Assembly: GCA_045106735.1 (NCBI GenBank)
Contig: JBGCEZ010000099.1
Coordinates: 1-59,695, forward strand
Direction: 5' to 3'
Source: Phycisphaerales bacterium
Lineage (GTDB): Bacteria; Planctomycetota; Phycisphaerae; Phycisphaerales; SM1A02
DNA length: 59,695 nt
The position numbers were made by a program, and so were the translations under genes. A model generated the notes under the pieces. That model searched no databases and was not told the DNA's origin. It worked only from the letters and a program-made list of their open reading frames with translations. The stretch's first letter is position 1. Every line of letters begins with the position of its first letter. Of the stretch, positions 1-8,430 are shown piece after piece.

Positions 1-1
1 G

Positions 2-496
2 ATGGCCTGCCCGGCGCCGCCGATGGGCGACGACCGTCGGTACGCCGCGGCGATGCTCGCGCAGATCCTCGGCGACACCGAGGGCAGCCGGCTCTACTGG
101 GCGCTGGTCGAACCGGGCGTGGCCGACGAGGCCCAAGCCCAATACGACGGCCGGGACGGCGTCGGCGAGTTCATCATCTACGCCTCGTGTTCGCCAGAGG
201 ACGCGGCGAGCGTGGAGGAGACGTTGCAGGACCAAGCGGCGAAGCTCGCCGAGTCGATCACCGAAGACGACCTGGTCCGGGTGCGAAGCCGCATTGCGAC
301 GGCGGCCGCACTCCAGGGCGAGTTGCCGGGAGGCCGGATGCGGCGAATCGGCCAACGGTGGACGAATCTCGGTTCGTACCGCTCACTCGAAGAAGAGCTC
401 GAGCACATTGGCGCGGTCACGCTCGACGACTTGCGAGCCACCGCGGCGGCATTTCCGCTGCGGGGCCAAGTCATCGGACACCTGCGGCCGGAATGA
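2..496 (+). CDS. Partial (5'-truncated by window edge) C-terminal fragment of an M16-family (pitrilysin-like) zinc peptidase
   Basis: ORF runs from the window edge. The translated sequence resembles the non-catalytic C-terminal half of M16 peptidases. Recognition is by pattern memory only, with no catalytic motif in the fragment. Confidence 0.4.
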   Translation: MACPAPPMGDDRRYAAAMLAQILGDTEGSRLYWALVEPGVADEAQAQYDGRDGVGEFIIYASCSPEDAASVEETLQDQAAKLAESITEDDLVRVRSRIATAAALQGELPGGRMRRIGQRWTNLGSYRSLEEELEHIGAVTLDDLRATAAAFPLRGQVIGHLRPE

Positions 497-623
497 TTCG
501 GCTGGGGGCTGGGGGCTGGGGGCTGGGGGTTGCGGGTTGCGGGGCCGGGGCTGGTTGGCGGTTCGCGCCTGGCGGCTGACTGAGGCTGAGCTGGCGGCTG
601 CGTCGAACTGCGACCGACGTGGC

Positions 624-2138
624 TCAGGCGGCTTCGGACTGACCCGACTGACCCATCTGCTCATTCCCCGGCGCGGACGGAGCGTCTTCGCGGGCGACGC
701 CCTCCTGCTTCATGCGGAACACGCGGACGGTGTTGCGGCCGCCGTGCTTCGACGCGTACAGCGCTCGGTCGGCGGCCCGAATCAGCAGCGCGGGTGACGT
801 GATCACGCACTCGGTGTCGCGGTCAAGTGTCGCGCCGCCGGCGCTCAACGTGATCGGAAGCGAGAGCGTCTCACCGGCGACGTTCATGTCGAACGGAGCG
901 TCGGCCACCGCGGCTCGAAGCCGTTCCGCCACGCCGGCAACCATCGCCGCATCCGAGCCGGGCAGAATCACCGCGAACTCTTCGCCGCCGTAGCGGCAAA
1001 GCACGTCGCCTTGTCGCAGCAGATCTGTCACCCGGCGGGCCGTCTCCACCAGAACCGCGTCGCCCACTTGGTGACCGTGGGTATCGTTCACTGACTTGAA
1101 GTGATCCAGGTCCAGAATGATGAGCCCAAGGACGCCGCGGAACTGCGTGGCCTGTTCGAACCACGTGGCGATTTCGGTATCGAATCGCATGCGATTGCCG
1201 ATGGCCGTCAGCGGATCGGTCGCGGCCACCTGATTGAGTTCGGTCACCGTTTCTCGCAGCGTCTCAATCTGCTTCTGCTGGTCGACGCTGATCGTATTGC
1301 GAAGCTCTTCGGCGTTCCCGAGCAGTTCGTCTACGTCGGCGGGCGTTCCGATGGCCACGTTGAACATGCGGGCCAATTCGTCGGCGTCTTCTGGCATCGC
1401 CCGGATCACTTCGTCGATTTGATCCGTCGACATTTCGAACCATGCGCCGGCGTGACGGCGAAAACGGTCCAGCGCGGTCTTGGGCGGCTCGACTTCCATG
1501 GAAAGCACGGCTTCGGTGGCCAAGGTGACGGTACGGCCGAGTTCATCCGGAGCATCCTGGGCCCAGCCATGGTGCCCCTCGATGCACATGATGAGCTGCA
1601 ACGGCAGCTTCCATTTTTCGGCCAAGGCCGCGCCGACGGCCACGTGGTCGAAGCCGTAGCGCTCTTGCTCCGCCACGACCAACTCGCGATGGTCTCGCCC
1701 GACCTTCTCCACCAGATGGGCGTACTCTTCGGCCAAACGCGCTTGCATGGCGAGCATGCCGATGTCTTCGAGCAGCGCGCCGGTAAACGCTTCGTCGGGA
1801 TCGCACCGACGGTGCGTCATCGACAACCGGCGGGCGGTGGTCGCGGCATAGATCGAACGTCGCCAGAACGCCTCGTAGTCGAATGCCCCCGCGACCCCGC
1901 GGGCGGTTTCGACCAAGCTGAATCCGAGCACCAGCGAACGAACCAGGTTGAGGCCGAGGTACGCCAGGGCTCGCTGGATCGTGGGACACGGAACCGTGAG
2001 CCGGTAGTAACTCGAGTTCACCGTCTTGAGAATCTTGCCGGTCATGGCCGGGTCGTTCTGGATGACCTTGGCCAGCATCTTCATGTCGACGTTCGGATCG
2101 CGCGACAATTCCAGCACCTCGATCGCCGCCGCCGGCAA
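624..2138 (-). CDS. HDOD domain-containing diguanylate cyclase (GGDEF)
   Basis: N-terminus (KVIQNDPAMTGKILKTVNSSYYRL...IQRALAYLGLNLVRS) matches the HDOD domain. C-terminus contains RYGGEEF and a GGDEF-domain flanking pattern. The ORF is long and clean with an ATG start. Confidence 0.8.
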   Translation of the reverse strand: MPAAAIEVLELSRDPNVDMKMLAKVIQNDPAMTGKILKTVNSSYYRLTVPCPTIQRALAYLGLNLVRSLVLGFSLVETARGVAGAFDYEAFWRRSIYAATTARRLSMTHRRCDPDEAFTGALLEDIGMLAMQARLAEEYAHLVEKVGRDHRELVVAEQERYGFDHVAVGAALAEKWKLPLQLIMCIEGHHGWAQDAPDELGRTVTLATEAVLSMEVEPPKTALDRFRRHAGAWFEMSTDQIDEVIRAMPEDADELARMFNVAIGTPADVDELLGNAEELRNTISVDQQKQIETLRETVTELNQVAATDPLTAIGNRMRFDTEIATWFEQATQFRGVLGLIILDLDHFKSVNDTHGHQVGDAVLVETARRVTDLLRQGDVLCRYGGEEFAVILPGSDAAMVAGVAERLRAAVADAPFDMNVAGETLSLPITLSAGGATLDRDTECVITSPALLIRAADRALYASKHGGRNTVRVFRMKQEGVAREDAPSAPGNEQMGQSGQSEAA

Positions 2139-2460
2139 GGTGGGAAGTCGGGAGCATCCGAGGATGTCATCGATGCTGACGCTGATGGCGGAACAGTCCT
2201 TCTACGAGGTCGGCGTTGACCCTCGGTTGCCATCGGCCCGGGCCATGGCGGCCTTCACTGCGATGACGAGTTCCCCGGAGTCTTGTGGACGGACGAGGGA
2301 GGCTTCGCGCACGGGGTGCGCTGATGCTTGCCGGTGGATGGCATTCGCCCGATGAATTGCGCGAGTTGGCGGGTAGGCGTGCATTGACCGCGCGTGAATC
2401 GCGCGGTGACGACGCGTCGCCCCCGAGTCCGCCGCACGCGGGCCGTCGGTGTCCGGCGCG

Positions 2461-3369
2461 TCAGCCGCTCGCGCGCGGATCGGGATACGCCCAGCCGAGC
2501 GTGGCCAATTCGCCGCCGACGAGGTGTTGGACGTAGGCCGAGAGCAGCCGATTGGCGCGGATCAAGCCTGGAGCCGCCGCGTGGTCGGCCACGGGAGGTG
2601 GCGGCTCTTCGGCTTGCATTGCCGCGTCGAGCGCGATCAAGCGCCGGAGCGTTTCCGATCGCACCCGCCACGCTTCGGTCGACGGTTGATGCCGGGTGAA
2701 CCCGCCCGCTTCGGGCACGAACCAGAGACGATCGGGGTCGCCGGTGGGGGTGGCCGCGTCTCGGCCTGGCCCCGGCCCGAGCCCCGGCTCGATCCCTGAA
2801 CCTGGCCCCAACCCTGGCCCGAGCTCCGCCCCCGACCCTGGCCCGAGCCCCGCCCCTGGCCCTGGCCCGAGCCGTGCTTCGGGCAGCGCGTCATCGGTCG
2901 CGACGTCCACGCCCAGGCGCGGCAGAAATCCCGTCTCCGACAACAGCGTCCACTGGAATCGCAGCAAGCCGCCCCACTCAAGCCCGGGTTGCTCCAGATC
3001 GCGGACGAACGCGAGCAGGGCGTCGAAGATTTCCGGGTGCGGGTCGCCGTCGGTCAGCAGCCGCCCGGTCAGGTCGACGGCGAGCGTGCCGAGTCGATTG
3101 CCGAGGAGGCGATGGTGGATGCCCGGAAAGATTTCGAGCAGCCGCCATTCGGTCAGGATGGCCAAATCGCGACCCGGTTTGACGATGGTCACCAAGTGGC
3201 CGCGCGTGAGCGGCTGGAAGCCACCCGAGAAATTGCCCCGATCGCGGCGGGATCCCTTGGCCAAACCGCGGATTCCGCCGTGCTCGCGCATGAGCAGCCG
3301 CACCGTTTGGCTGGTCTCCGAGTACTCCCAGGCCCGAAGGCAGATCGCAATGTCGGAAAGGGTTGGCAT
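2461..3369 (-). CDS. recO: DNA repair protein RecO with an inserted Gly-Pro-rich low-complexity linker
   Basis: N-terminal OB-fold region (AICLRAWEYSETSQTVRLLMREHGGIRGLAKGSRRDRGNFSGGFQPL) and the central DLTGRLLTDGDPHPEIFDALLAFV block follow the RecO family pattern. Start chosen at MPTL (3369) where homology begins. The ORF extends upstream to 3510. Confidence 0.75.
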   Translation of the reverse strand: MPTLSDIAICLRAWEYSETSQTVRLLMREHGGIRGLAKGSRRDRGNFSGGFQPLTRGHLVTIVKPGRDLAILTEWRLLEIFPGIHHRLLGNRLGTLAVDLTGRLLTDGDPHPEIFDALLAFVRDLEQPGLEWGGLLRFQWTLLSETGFLPRLGVDVATDDALPEARLGPGPGAGLGPGSGAELGPGLGPGSGIEPGLGPGPGRDAATPTGDPDRLWFVPEAGGFTRHQPSTEAWRVRSETLRRLIALDAAMQAEEPPPPVADHAAAPGLIRANRLLSAYVQHLVGGELATLGWAYPDPRASG

Positions 3370-3463
3370 GCGGAACCGGCTTCCGGTGGTCTCGGCGGGG
3401 GTCACGGGCGGAACGGCCCGACTCGGGCGGGGGTGGCAGAGCCTGACGATATACTCGCCATCC

Positions 3464-5254
3464 ATGGATGGATCACCGGTTCCGGGCCCGCGCACGGTCG
3501 CGATGCTCAATCAAAAGGGCGGCGTCGGCAAGACGACGACCACCGCGAACCTCGGCCACTCGCTGGCCGTGGCTGGCCTGCGCGTGTGCCTCATCGACCT
3601 GGATCCGCAGGGGCACCTCACGCTGCACCTGGGCATCGAGTCCGAGGCGATCGACCGGACGGTCTACGACCTGCTCGTCGACCCCGATTGCCTGGCCAGC
3701 GAGTGCATCATTCGTGAGGCCCGCCCGAATCTCGACGTGATCCTGGCCGAGGTCGACCTGGCCGCGGCCGAGCAAGAGATCGCCGGCCGGGACGAACGTC
3801 AGTCAATCCTCCGCCGCAAGTTCGACGAGGTCCGGGCGAATTATGACATCGTCCTGATCGACTGTCCGCCGAGTCTCGGCATGCTCACGGTGAACGCCCT
3901 GACCATGGCCGACGAGCTGCTCGTGCCCATGCAGGCCCACTTCCTGGCCCTCCAGGGCGTTGGCCGGTTGCTCGAGACGGTGCGGCTCGTGTGCGATTCG
4001 GTGAATCCGCAGCTGCGGGTCGCCGGCGTGATCCTCTGCATGTTCGAGCGGCAGACGACGCTCGCCCGGGAGATCCTGGCCGACCTCGAGGACTTCTTCG
4101 ACAGCTACCGGAACGAGGATGTGCCGTGGTCGGACTGCCACGTCCTCAAGCCGCCGATCCGCCGCAACATCAAGCTGGCCGAGGCCCCGAGCTTCGGCAA
4201 CACGATCTTTGACTACGCCCCCTGGTGCCCCGGGGCGATCGACTACCGCAACCTGGCGGCCCGTCTGCTGGAAGGCTGGGGCTTTGGCCGCGGCCTTGGT
4301 GCGGTGCCCGACGTCGACGACGAAGTCACCGCGGAGCTCCAGGCCTTGGGGGCCGTGGATCGGTCCGCCCCCGTCTCGGTCGCGCCCTCGGCGGCAGCCG
4401 CGGTTTCGGTGGCCGCTCCGGCGCCGGAGGACGTCTCGCATGACGGTCCGGCGGACGCCGTGGATGGGGATGTGGCAGCGTCGGACGAAGCTGGTGTCGC
4501 TGGAACCGGTGCCGCCGAGACCAGCGCCGAGACCAGCGCCGATGCTGGCGAACCTTCGACCGCCCACGCGGGCGCACAGGTCGATGCCCAGGCTGATCGG
4601 GCTTCCGATGGCCGAACCGATGTTCAGTCTGATGTGCATGGAGATGTCGACGCCGGAGTCGACGCCGGAGTCGAGGCCGATGTCGATTCCGACGAGCCGG
4701 CCGACGCGGCGGTGGTGGACGAGCTGCCCGACGCTCCCGTGCCCACGGTGGAGGTGATTCGTCCGACGGAGCCGACGGCCACAATGCCTGCGGGCTCGGC
4801 GGATCTGCGTCCGGCCCCGACCTTCGTGCCGCCGTCTTCGTCCCCGTCTTCGGCCGCGAAGGCGCCCTCGCCCGTCCCCGCTCCGGACGTCGCCCCCGCT
4901 CCGGGACCGACCCCGCCGACCGCGACGCCGACGCATCCCGGTGGGCATTCGGCTGGACATTCAGCTGGGCATTCAGCTGGGCAGCCCGGTCGCCAACCCA
5001 GCGGCCACACGGGGAGCCAACCCGGTGCGTCCGCGCCGTGGAGTGGGTTCGGCGGCTCGCCCGTCACCCTCGGCGGCGGCGCTCCGGCTTCGCCTGGCCG
5101 GCCCGCGCCCGACGCCGCAGCCTCCGAGTCGGCGCCGCCGTCGGCGTCGGATACCCCGGCCGCGCCGATCTCGGATCACCGCCCGGCCCCGGCCCCGGCC
5201 CCGGCGGCCCCCGCTCACCCCGCTGATGCCGGTCATCGCCCGGCCGGCGGCTGA
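3464..5254 (+). CDS. ParA/Soj-family P-loop ATPase with a ~320-aa disordered acidic, Pro/Ala-rich C-terminal extension
   Basis: Deviant Walker A (NQKGGVGKTTTTANLG) and a ParA/MinD-like core over ~260 aa. The same frame continues without a stop through a D/A/V/P-rich tail containing (HSAG)3. The ORF's upstream part (2696-3463) is antisense to recO and is rejected. Confidence 0.75.
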   Translation: MDGSPVPGPRTVAMLNQKGGVGKTTTTANLGHSLAVAGLRVCLIDLDPQGHLTLHLGIESEAIDRTVYDLLVDPDCLASECIIREARPNLDVILAEVDLAAAEQEIAGRDERQSILRRKFDEVRANYDIVLIDCPPSLGMLTVNALTMADELLVPMQAHFLALQGVGRLLETVRLVCDSVNPQLRVAGVILCMFERQTTLAREILADLEDFFDSYRNEDVPWSDCHVLKPPIRRNIKLAEAPSFGNTIFDYAPWCPGAIDYRNLAARLLEGWGFGRGLGAVPDVDDEVTAELQALGAVDRSAPVSVAPSAAAAVSVAAPAPEDVSHDGPADAVDGDVAASDEAGVAGTGAAETSAETSADAGEPSTAHAGAQVDAQADRASDGRTDVQSDVHGDVDAGVDAGVEADVDSDEPADAAVVDELPDAPVPTVEVIRPTEPTATMPAGSADLRPAPTFVPPSSSPSSAAKAPSPVPAPDVAPAPGPTPPTATPTHPGGHSAGHSAGHSAGQPGRQPSGHTGSQPGASAPWSGFGGSPVTLGGGAPASPGRPAPDAAASESAPPSASDTPAAPISDHRPAPAPAPAAPAHPADAGHRPAGG

Positions 5255-5259
5255 CGCCC

Positions 5260-6426
5260 ATGCACCCACCCGCGCCCCCGCCGCCCGATCCGCGGCTCGC
5301 CCGCCCGTGGCGCCGCTTCTTCTTCGTGTACTGGCTCGCGCTCACGGCGGGAACGCACTGGCCGAACTTCACGTTCAGCGAGGAAATGCCCGCGTCGGAC
5401 AAGTCGCTGCACCTGATGGGCTTTGCCGGTCTGACCATTCTGCTGTGGCGCACCCGCTGGATTCGATCGCTCTGGGCCTGCATGGCCGTCGCCTTCGCGT
5501 GGGCCGTCGCCGACGAGTTGACCCAGGGGTTGCCGGGGCTCAACCGGCACGTCGGCGCGTCAGACATCGTGGCCAACGGGCTCGGCTGCACGTTGGCCGG
5601 CGCGTGGATTGCCGCCTTGGGGCCGGTTGGCGGATTGGCCGCACACTGGCGATCGGCCATGCTGCGGGCGACGCTCGATCGCGTCTTCCTGCGCGTCGGC
5701 CCGTGGCTTGCCGTGGGCGGGCTCTTTGGATCCGTCGTGGCCGCGTACGTCGGCGCCCGCATGGTCGACCTCTCCGGGATCACCGGCGACGCAATGAGCC
5801 GCGGTGAGGCGGGCCGCCTGCTGGTGATCCTGATCGCGGTCGCCGGGGCCCATGTCGTCGCCCTGCTGCTGATGCGCTGGTGGACGGCAGAAATCGAACG
5901 GGCCCGCGATGCCGGCATCTGCGTGGCGTGCGCCCGCGACTGTCCGCTCGACTCGCCAGACGCGAATCCGATGGAGCCTGGCGCGTGCGGAACGTGTGCC
6001 GCGCCAACCTGGCCGGCCGCGTGGATGCTGATCAGTCCCGCGCGTTTGCCCTCCATGCTGCGGGCCGCCCGGCGCCCCGGGATCGTGATGATGCTGGCCT
6101 TGGTGGGCATCGGCCTGCTGACCGTCGGTGGATCGTGGATGCTTCGCTGGGGGCTGGAGACGCCGCTCGATGGTGCGGCCCGAACCGTCACCGGATGGCT
6201 GCGCCGCGTGCCGAACACGCTGGAACTGACGATCGACGTCTGGGTGGGCGGCATGCTGCTCGCGTGGATGGTGCGATGGTCGCGCGGCCGGCTCGCCGCC
6301 GAGTTTGATGCACCGAGTGGCTGCCGCCAGTGCGGGCAGGACCTGCGAGCGACGCCGACCGAACAGGGACTGGGCCGCTGCTCGGAGTGCGGAACCGGCT
6401 TTGTGCGTCTGGGGGAGCCGAACTGA
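5260..6426 (+). CDS. VanZ-like membrane protein with C-terminal double zinc-ribbon
   Basis: VADELTQGLPGLNRHVGASDIVANGLGCTLAG resembles the VanZ-family core. Multiple predicted TM helices. C-terminal CxxC...CxxC pairs (CGTCAAP; CRQCGQ...CSECGTGF). Stop overlaps the murJ start (TGATG). Confidence 0.5.
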   Translation: MHPPAPPPPDPRLARPWRRFFFVYWLALTAGTHWPNFTFSEEMPASDKSLHLMGFAGLTILLWRTRWIRSLWACMAVAFAWAVADELTQGLPGLNRHVGASDIVANGLGCTLAGAWIAALGPVGGLAAHWRSAMLRATLDRVFLRVGPWLAVGGLFGSVVAAYVGARMVDLSGITGDAMSRGEAGRLLVILIAVAGAHVVALLLMRWWTAEIERARDAGICVACARDCPLDSPDANPMEPGACGTCAAPTWPAAWMLISPARLPSMLRAARRPGIVMMLALVGIGLLTVGGSWMLRWGLETPLDGAARTVTGWLRRVPNTLELTIDVWVGGMLLAWMVRWSRGRLAAEFDAPSGCRQCGQDLRATPTEQGLGRCSECGTGFVRLGEPN

Positions 6427-8312
6427 TGGCGGGCGACGCTCCGCGCGGGGGGCGATTCGAGTCGCACGCGCGGCTGGTGTCGGGGCTCACGCTGCTGAGC
6501 CGGGCGACCGGATTGGTGCGGGACTCGGTGCTCGCACGGGTGTTCGGGGCCAGCCCGTTGACCGACGCGTTCCTGTTCGCGTTCATGATCCCGCACCTGT
6601 TTCGCCGGCTCTTTGGCGAGGGCGCCCTCGCCGCTGCGTTCTTGCCGGTGTTCTCGCGGGTGCGCGAAACGGATCCCGCCGCCGCCCGCCGGCTTGGCCG
6701 CCGCGTCATGATCGGCATGGTCGTGGTGGTGGCGGCGATGGTGCTGCTGCTGGAAGTCGGACTCGTGGCCGCGGCGATGCTCGGGCGCGGCTCATTGGCC
6801 GGGTCACTGGCGATGGTGCTGCTTCCGTACGCGCCAATGGTCTGCGCGGTCGCGATCCTCGGAGCGATGCTGCAGGTGCACGGCCGATTCACGCCGGCCG
6901 CTGCCGCGCCGCTGCTGCTGAACGGCATGATGATCGCGGCCTTGTTGCTTCCCGCCGCGCGGTTCGGCTGGACCCCGGACGTCCACATCACCGTCGTCGC
7001 CGCCTCCGTCCTGGTGGCCGGCGGCCTGCAGATCGTGTGGGCCTGGTCCGCCCTGCGGGCCGCGTGGCGGGCGGATCCGCTGGACGCGACCTCGAATGTG
7101 GCCTCGGAGACGGCCCCTGATGCGGCCGCTGATACGGCCGCTGATCCGGCATCGGATCCGGCATCGGATGTCACCTCCGACAAGGCCGCCGCGCCGAGCG
7201 TGGAACGCCAGGCGGTTCGCGACGTCCTCCGCCAGGCTGCACCCATGGTCCTCGGCCTCAGCGTGTTGCAGCTCAGCACCTTGGCCGACGGCCTGATCGC
7301 CGGCTGGCCCTCGGTCGTGGGGCCAACCGTCGCCGGGCATCCGTACCCACTCGAGCCGGGGGCCCTGACCGCGGTAAGCATCGCGCAGCGCCTCTACCAG
7401 TTCCCGCTCGGCGTCTTTGGCATCGCGATCGCCACCGCCGTTTTCCCGCTGCTCGCCCGGACCGCATTCCGGCAGGGCTTGGTGCGGGGCGGGCACGGTG
7501 GCTCTTCGCCCACCACATCGCCGGCCGCATCGCCCACCACATCGCCCGTCACATCGCCCGTCACATCGCCGGGCGCCTCATCCGCCACATCGCCGGCTCC
7601 GTCGGCCGATGCACCATCGCCGGCCGCGCCACCGGCCGACCAATCATCCTTCATCGAGGTCGTTCGCCGCGGCCTGCGCCTCGTCGCGTTCATCGGCTTC
7701 CCGGCCACCGCCGGGCTGATCCTGGTCCGGGAGCCGCTTGTCCGCGCCCTGTTCGTCGGCGGCGCGTTCACCGTTGACGATGCCCAGCGGACCGCCCGGG
7801 TGTTGGTTCCGTACGCCGCCGCAGTCTGGGCCTACTCGGCCGTCCACGTCCTGACGCGGGGTTTTTACGCCCTGGAGCGGCCGCGGACGCCGGTCCGGGT
7901 CGCCATCGGCGTGCTCGGGTTGAACGTGGTTGGCAACCTCGTCCTGATCTGGACACCGCTCCGCGAGGCGGGCCTGGCCCTGAGCACCGCGATCGCCTCG
8001 GTCGTGCAGTGCGTGGTACTGCTCATGCTGCTTGGCCGGATCGCCGCCCCCGAATCGCCGGGCACCGGCATCCTGGACCGCCCGACGGTCGGATCGTTCG
8101 CCCGATCGCTCGTGGCCACGGCGGCGATGGTCGGGATGGTCCTGGCCGTCGACGCGATCCTCCGGGCCGCCGGCGGACTTGGCGGACTCGGCGGTTCGAC
8201 GGTCGCTCGGCTCGCTGCACTCGTGCTGACCGGCGGCGTGGGATTCGCCCTTGCCGCTCGCGTGCTGCGCTGCCCCGAGCTGAACTTGCTCCTGCGCCGC
8301 GGCGCCGATTGA
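6426..8312 (+). CDS. murJ: Lipid II flippase MurJ (MviN) with an inserted Ser/Pro/Thr low-complexity loop
   Basis: N-terminus (LLSRATGLVRDSVLARVFGASPLTDAFLFAFMIPHLFRRLFGEGALAAAFLPVF) is a textbook MurJ signature. Multi-TM throughout. In-frame 12-nt repeats encode SPTTSPAASPTTSPVTSPVTSP around 7495-7620. Confidence 0.85.
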   Translation: MAGDAPRGGRFESHARLVSGLTLLSRATGLVRDSVLARVFGASPLTDAFLFAFMIPHLFRRLFGEGALAAAFLPVFSRVRETDPAAARRLGRRVMIGMVVVVAAMVLLLEVGLVAAAMLGRGSLAGSLAMVLLPYAPMVCAVAILGAMLQVHGRFTPAAAAPLLLNGMMIAALLLPAARFGWTPDVHITVVAASVLVAGGLQIVWAWSALRAAWRADPLDATSNVASETAPDAAADTAADPASDPASDVTSDKAAAPSVERQAVRDVLRQAAPMVLGLSVLQLSTLADGLIAGWPSVVGPTVAGHPYPLEPGALTAVSIAQRLYQFPLGVFGIAIATAVFPLLARTAFRQGLVRGGHGGSSPTTSPAASPTTSPVTSPVTSPGASSATSPAPSADAPSPAAPPADQSSFIEVVRRGLRLVAFIGFPATAGLILVREPLVRALFVGGAFTVDDAQRTARVLVPYAAAVWAYSAVHVLTRGFYALERPRTPVRVAIGVLGLNVVGNLVLIWTPLREAGLALSTAIASVVQCVVLLMLLGRIAAPESPGTGILDRPTVGSFARSLVATAAMVGMVLAVDAILRAAGGLGGLGGSTVARLAALVLTGGVGFALAARVLRCPELNLLLRRGAD

Positions 8313-8430
8313 CGCTTCTTGCGGCGCGCGGGACGCATGCCCCGATTGGAAGCAGGATCCCCACCGCGCGGTGGTGCTGGGCGCGGTACCGTGGCCCCTG
8401 CGTCGGACGACGCCTGGGAGTCGGTGACCC

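Noticed and set aside
2696-3463. Upstream 256-codon extension of the ParA-like ORF
   Set aside because: It is antisense to the recO coding region and merely mirrors recO's (GPG)n repeat as (PGP)n. ParA homology starts at 3464/3503.
5064-6596. 510-aa ORF on the minus strand (and many similar long antisense ORFs, e.g. 8023-9189, 10308-12500, 18515-20014, 20458-23766, 29830-32763, 33627-35783, 37864-39876, 39858-41891)
   Set aside because: These lie antisense to or overlapping well-supported genes (VanZ-like/murJ, the coupled operon, SPFH, RND pump, PSCyt, AsmA-like). Their translations are Arg/Pro/Gly-rich low-complexity strings typical of stop-codon-poor frames in ~70% GC DNA. They have no domains, no coupling and no RBS logic.
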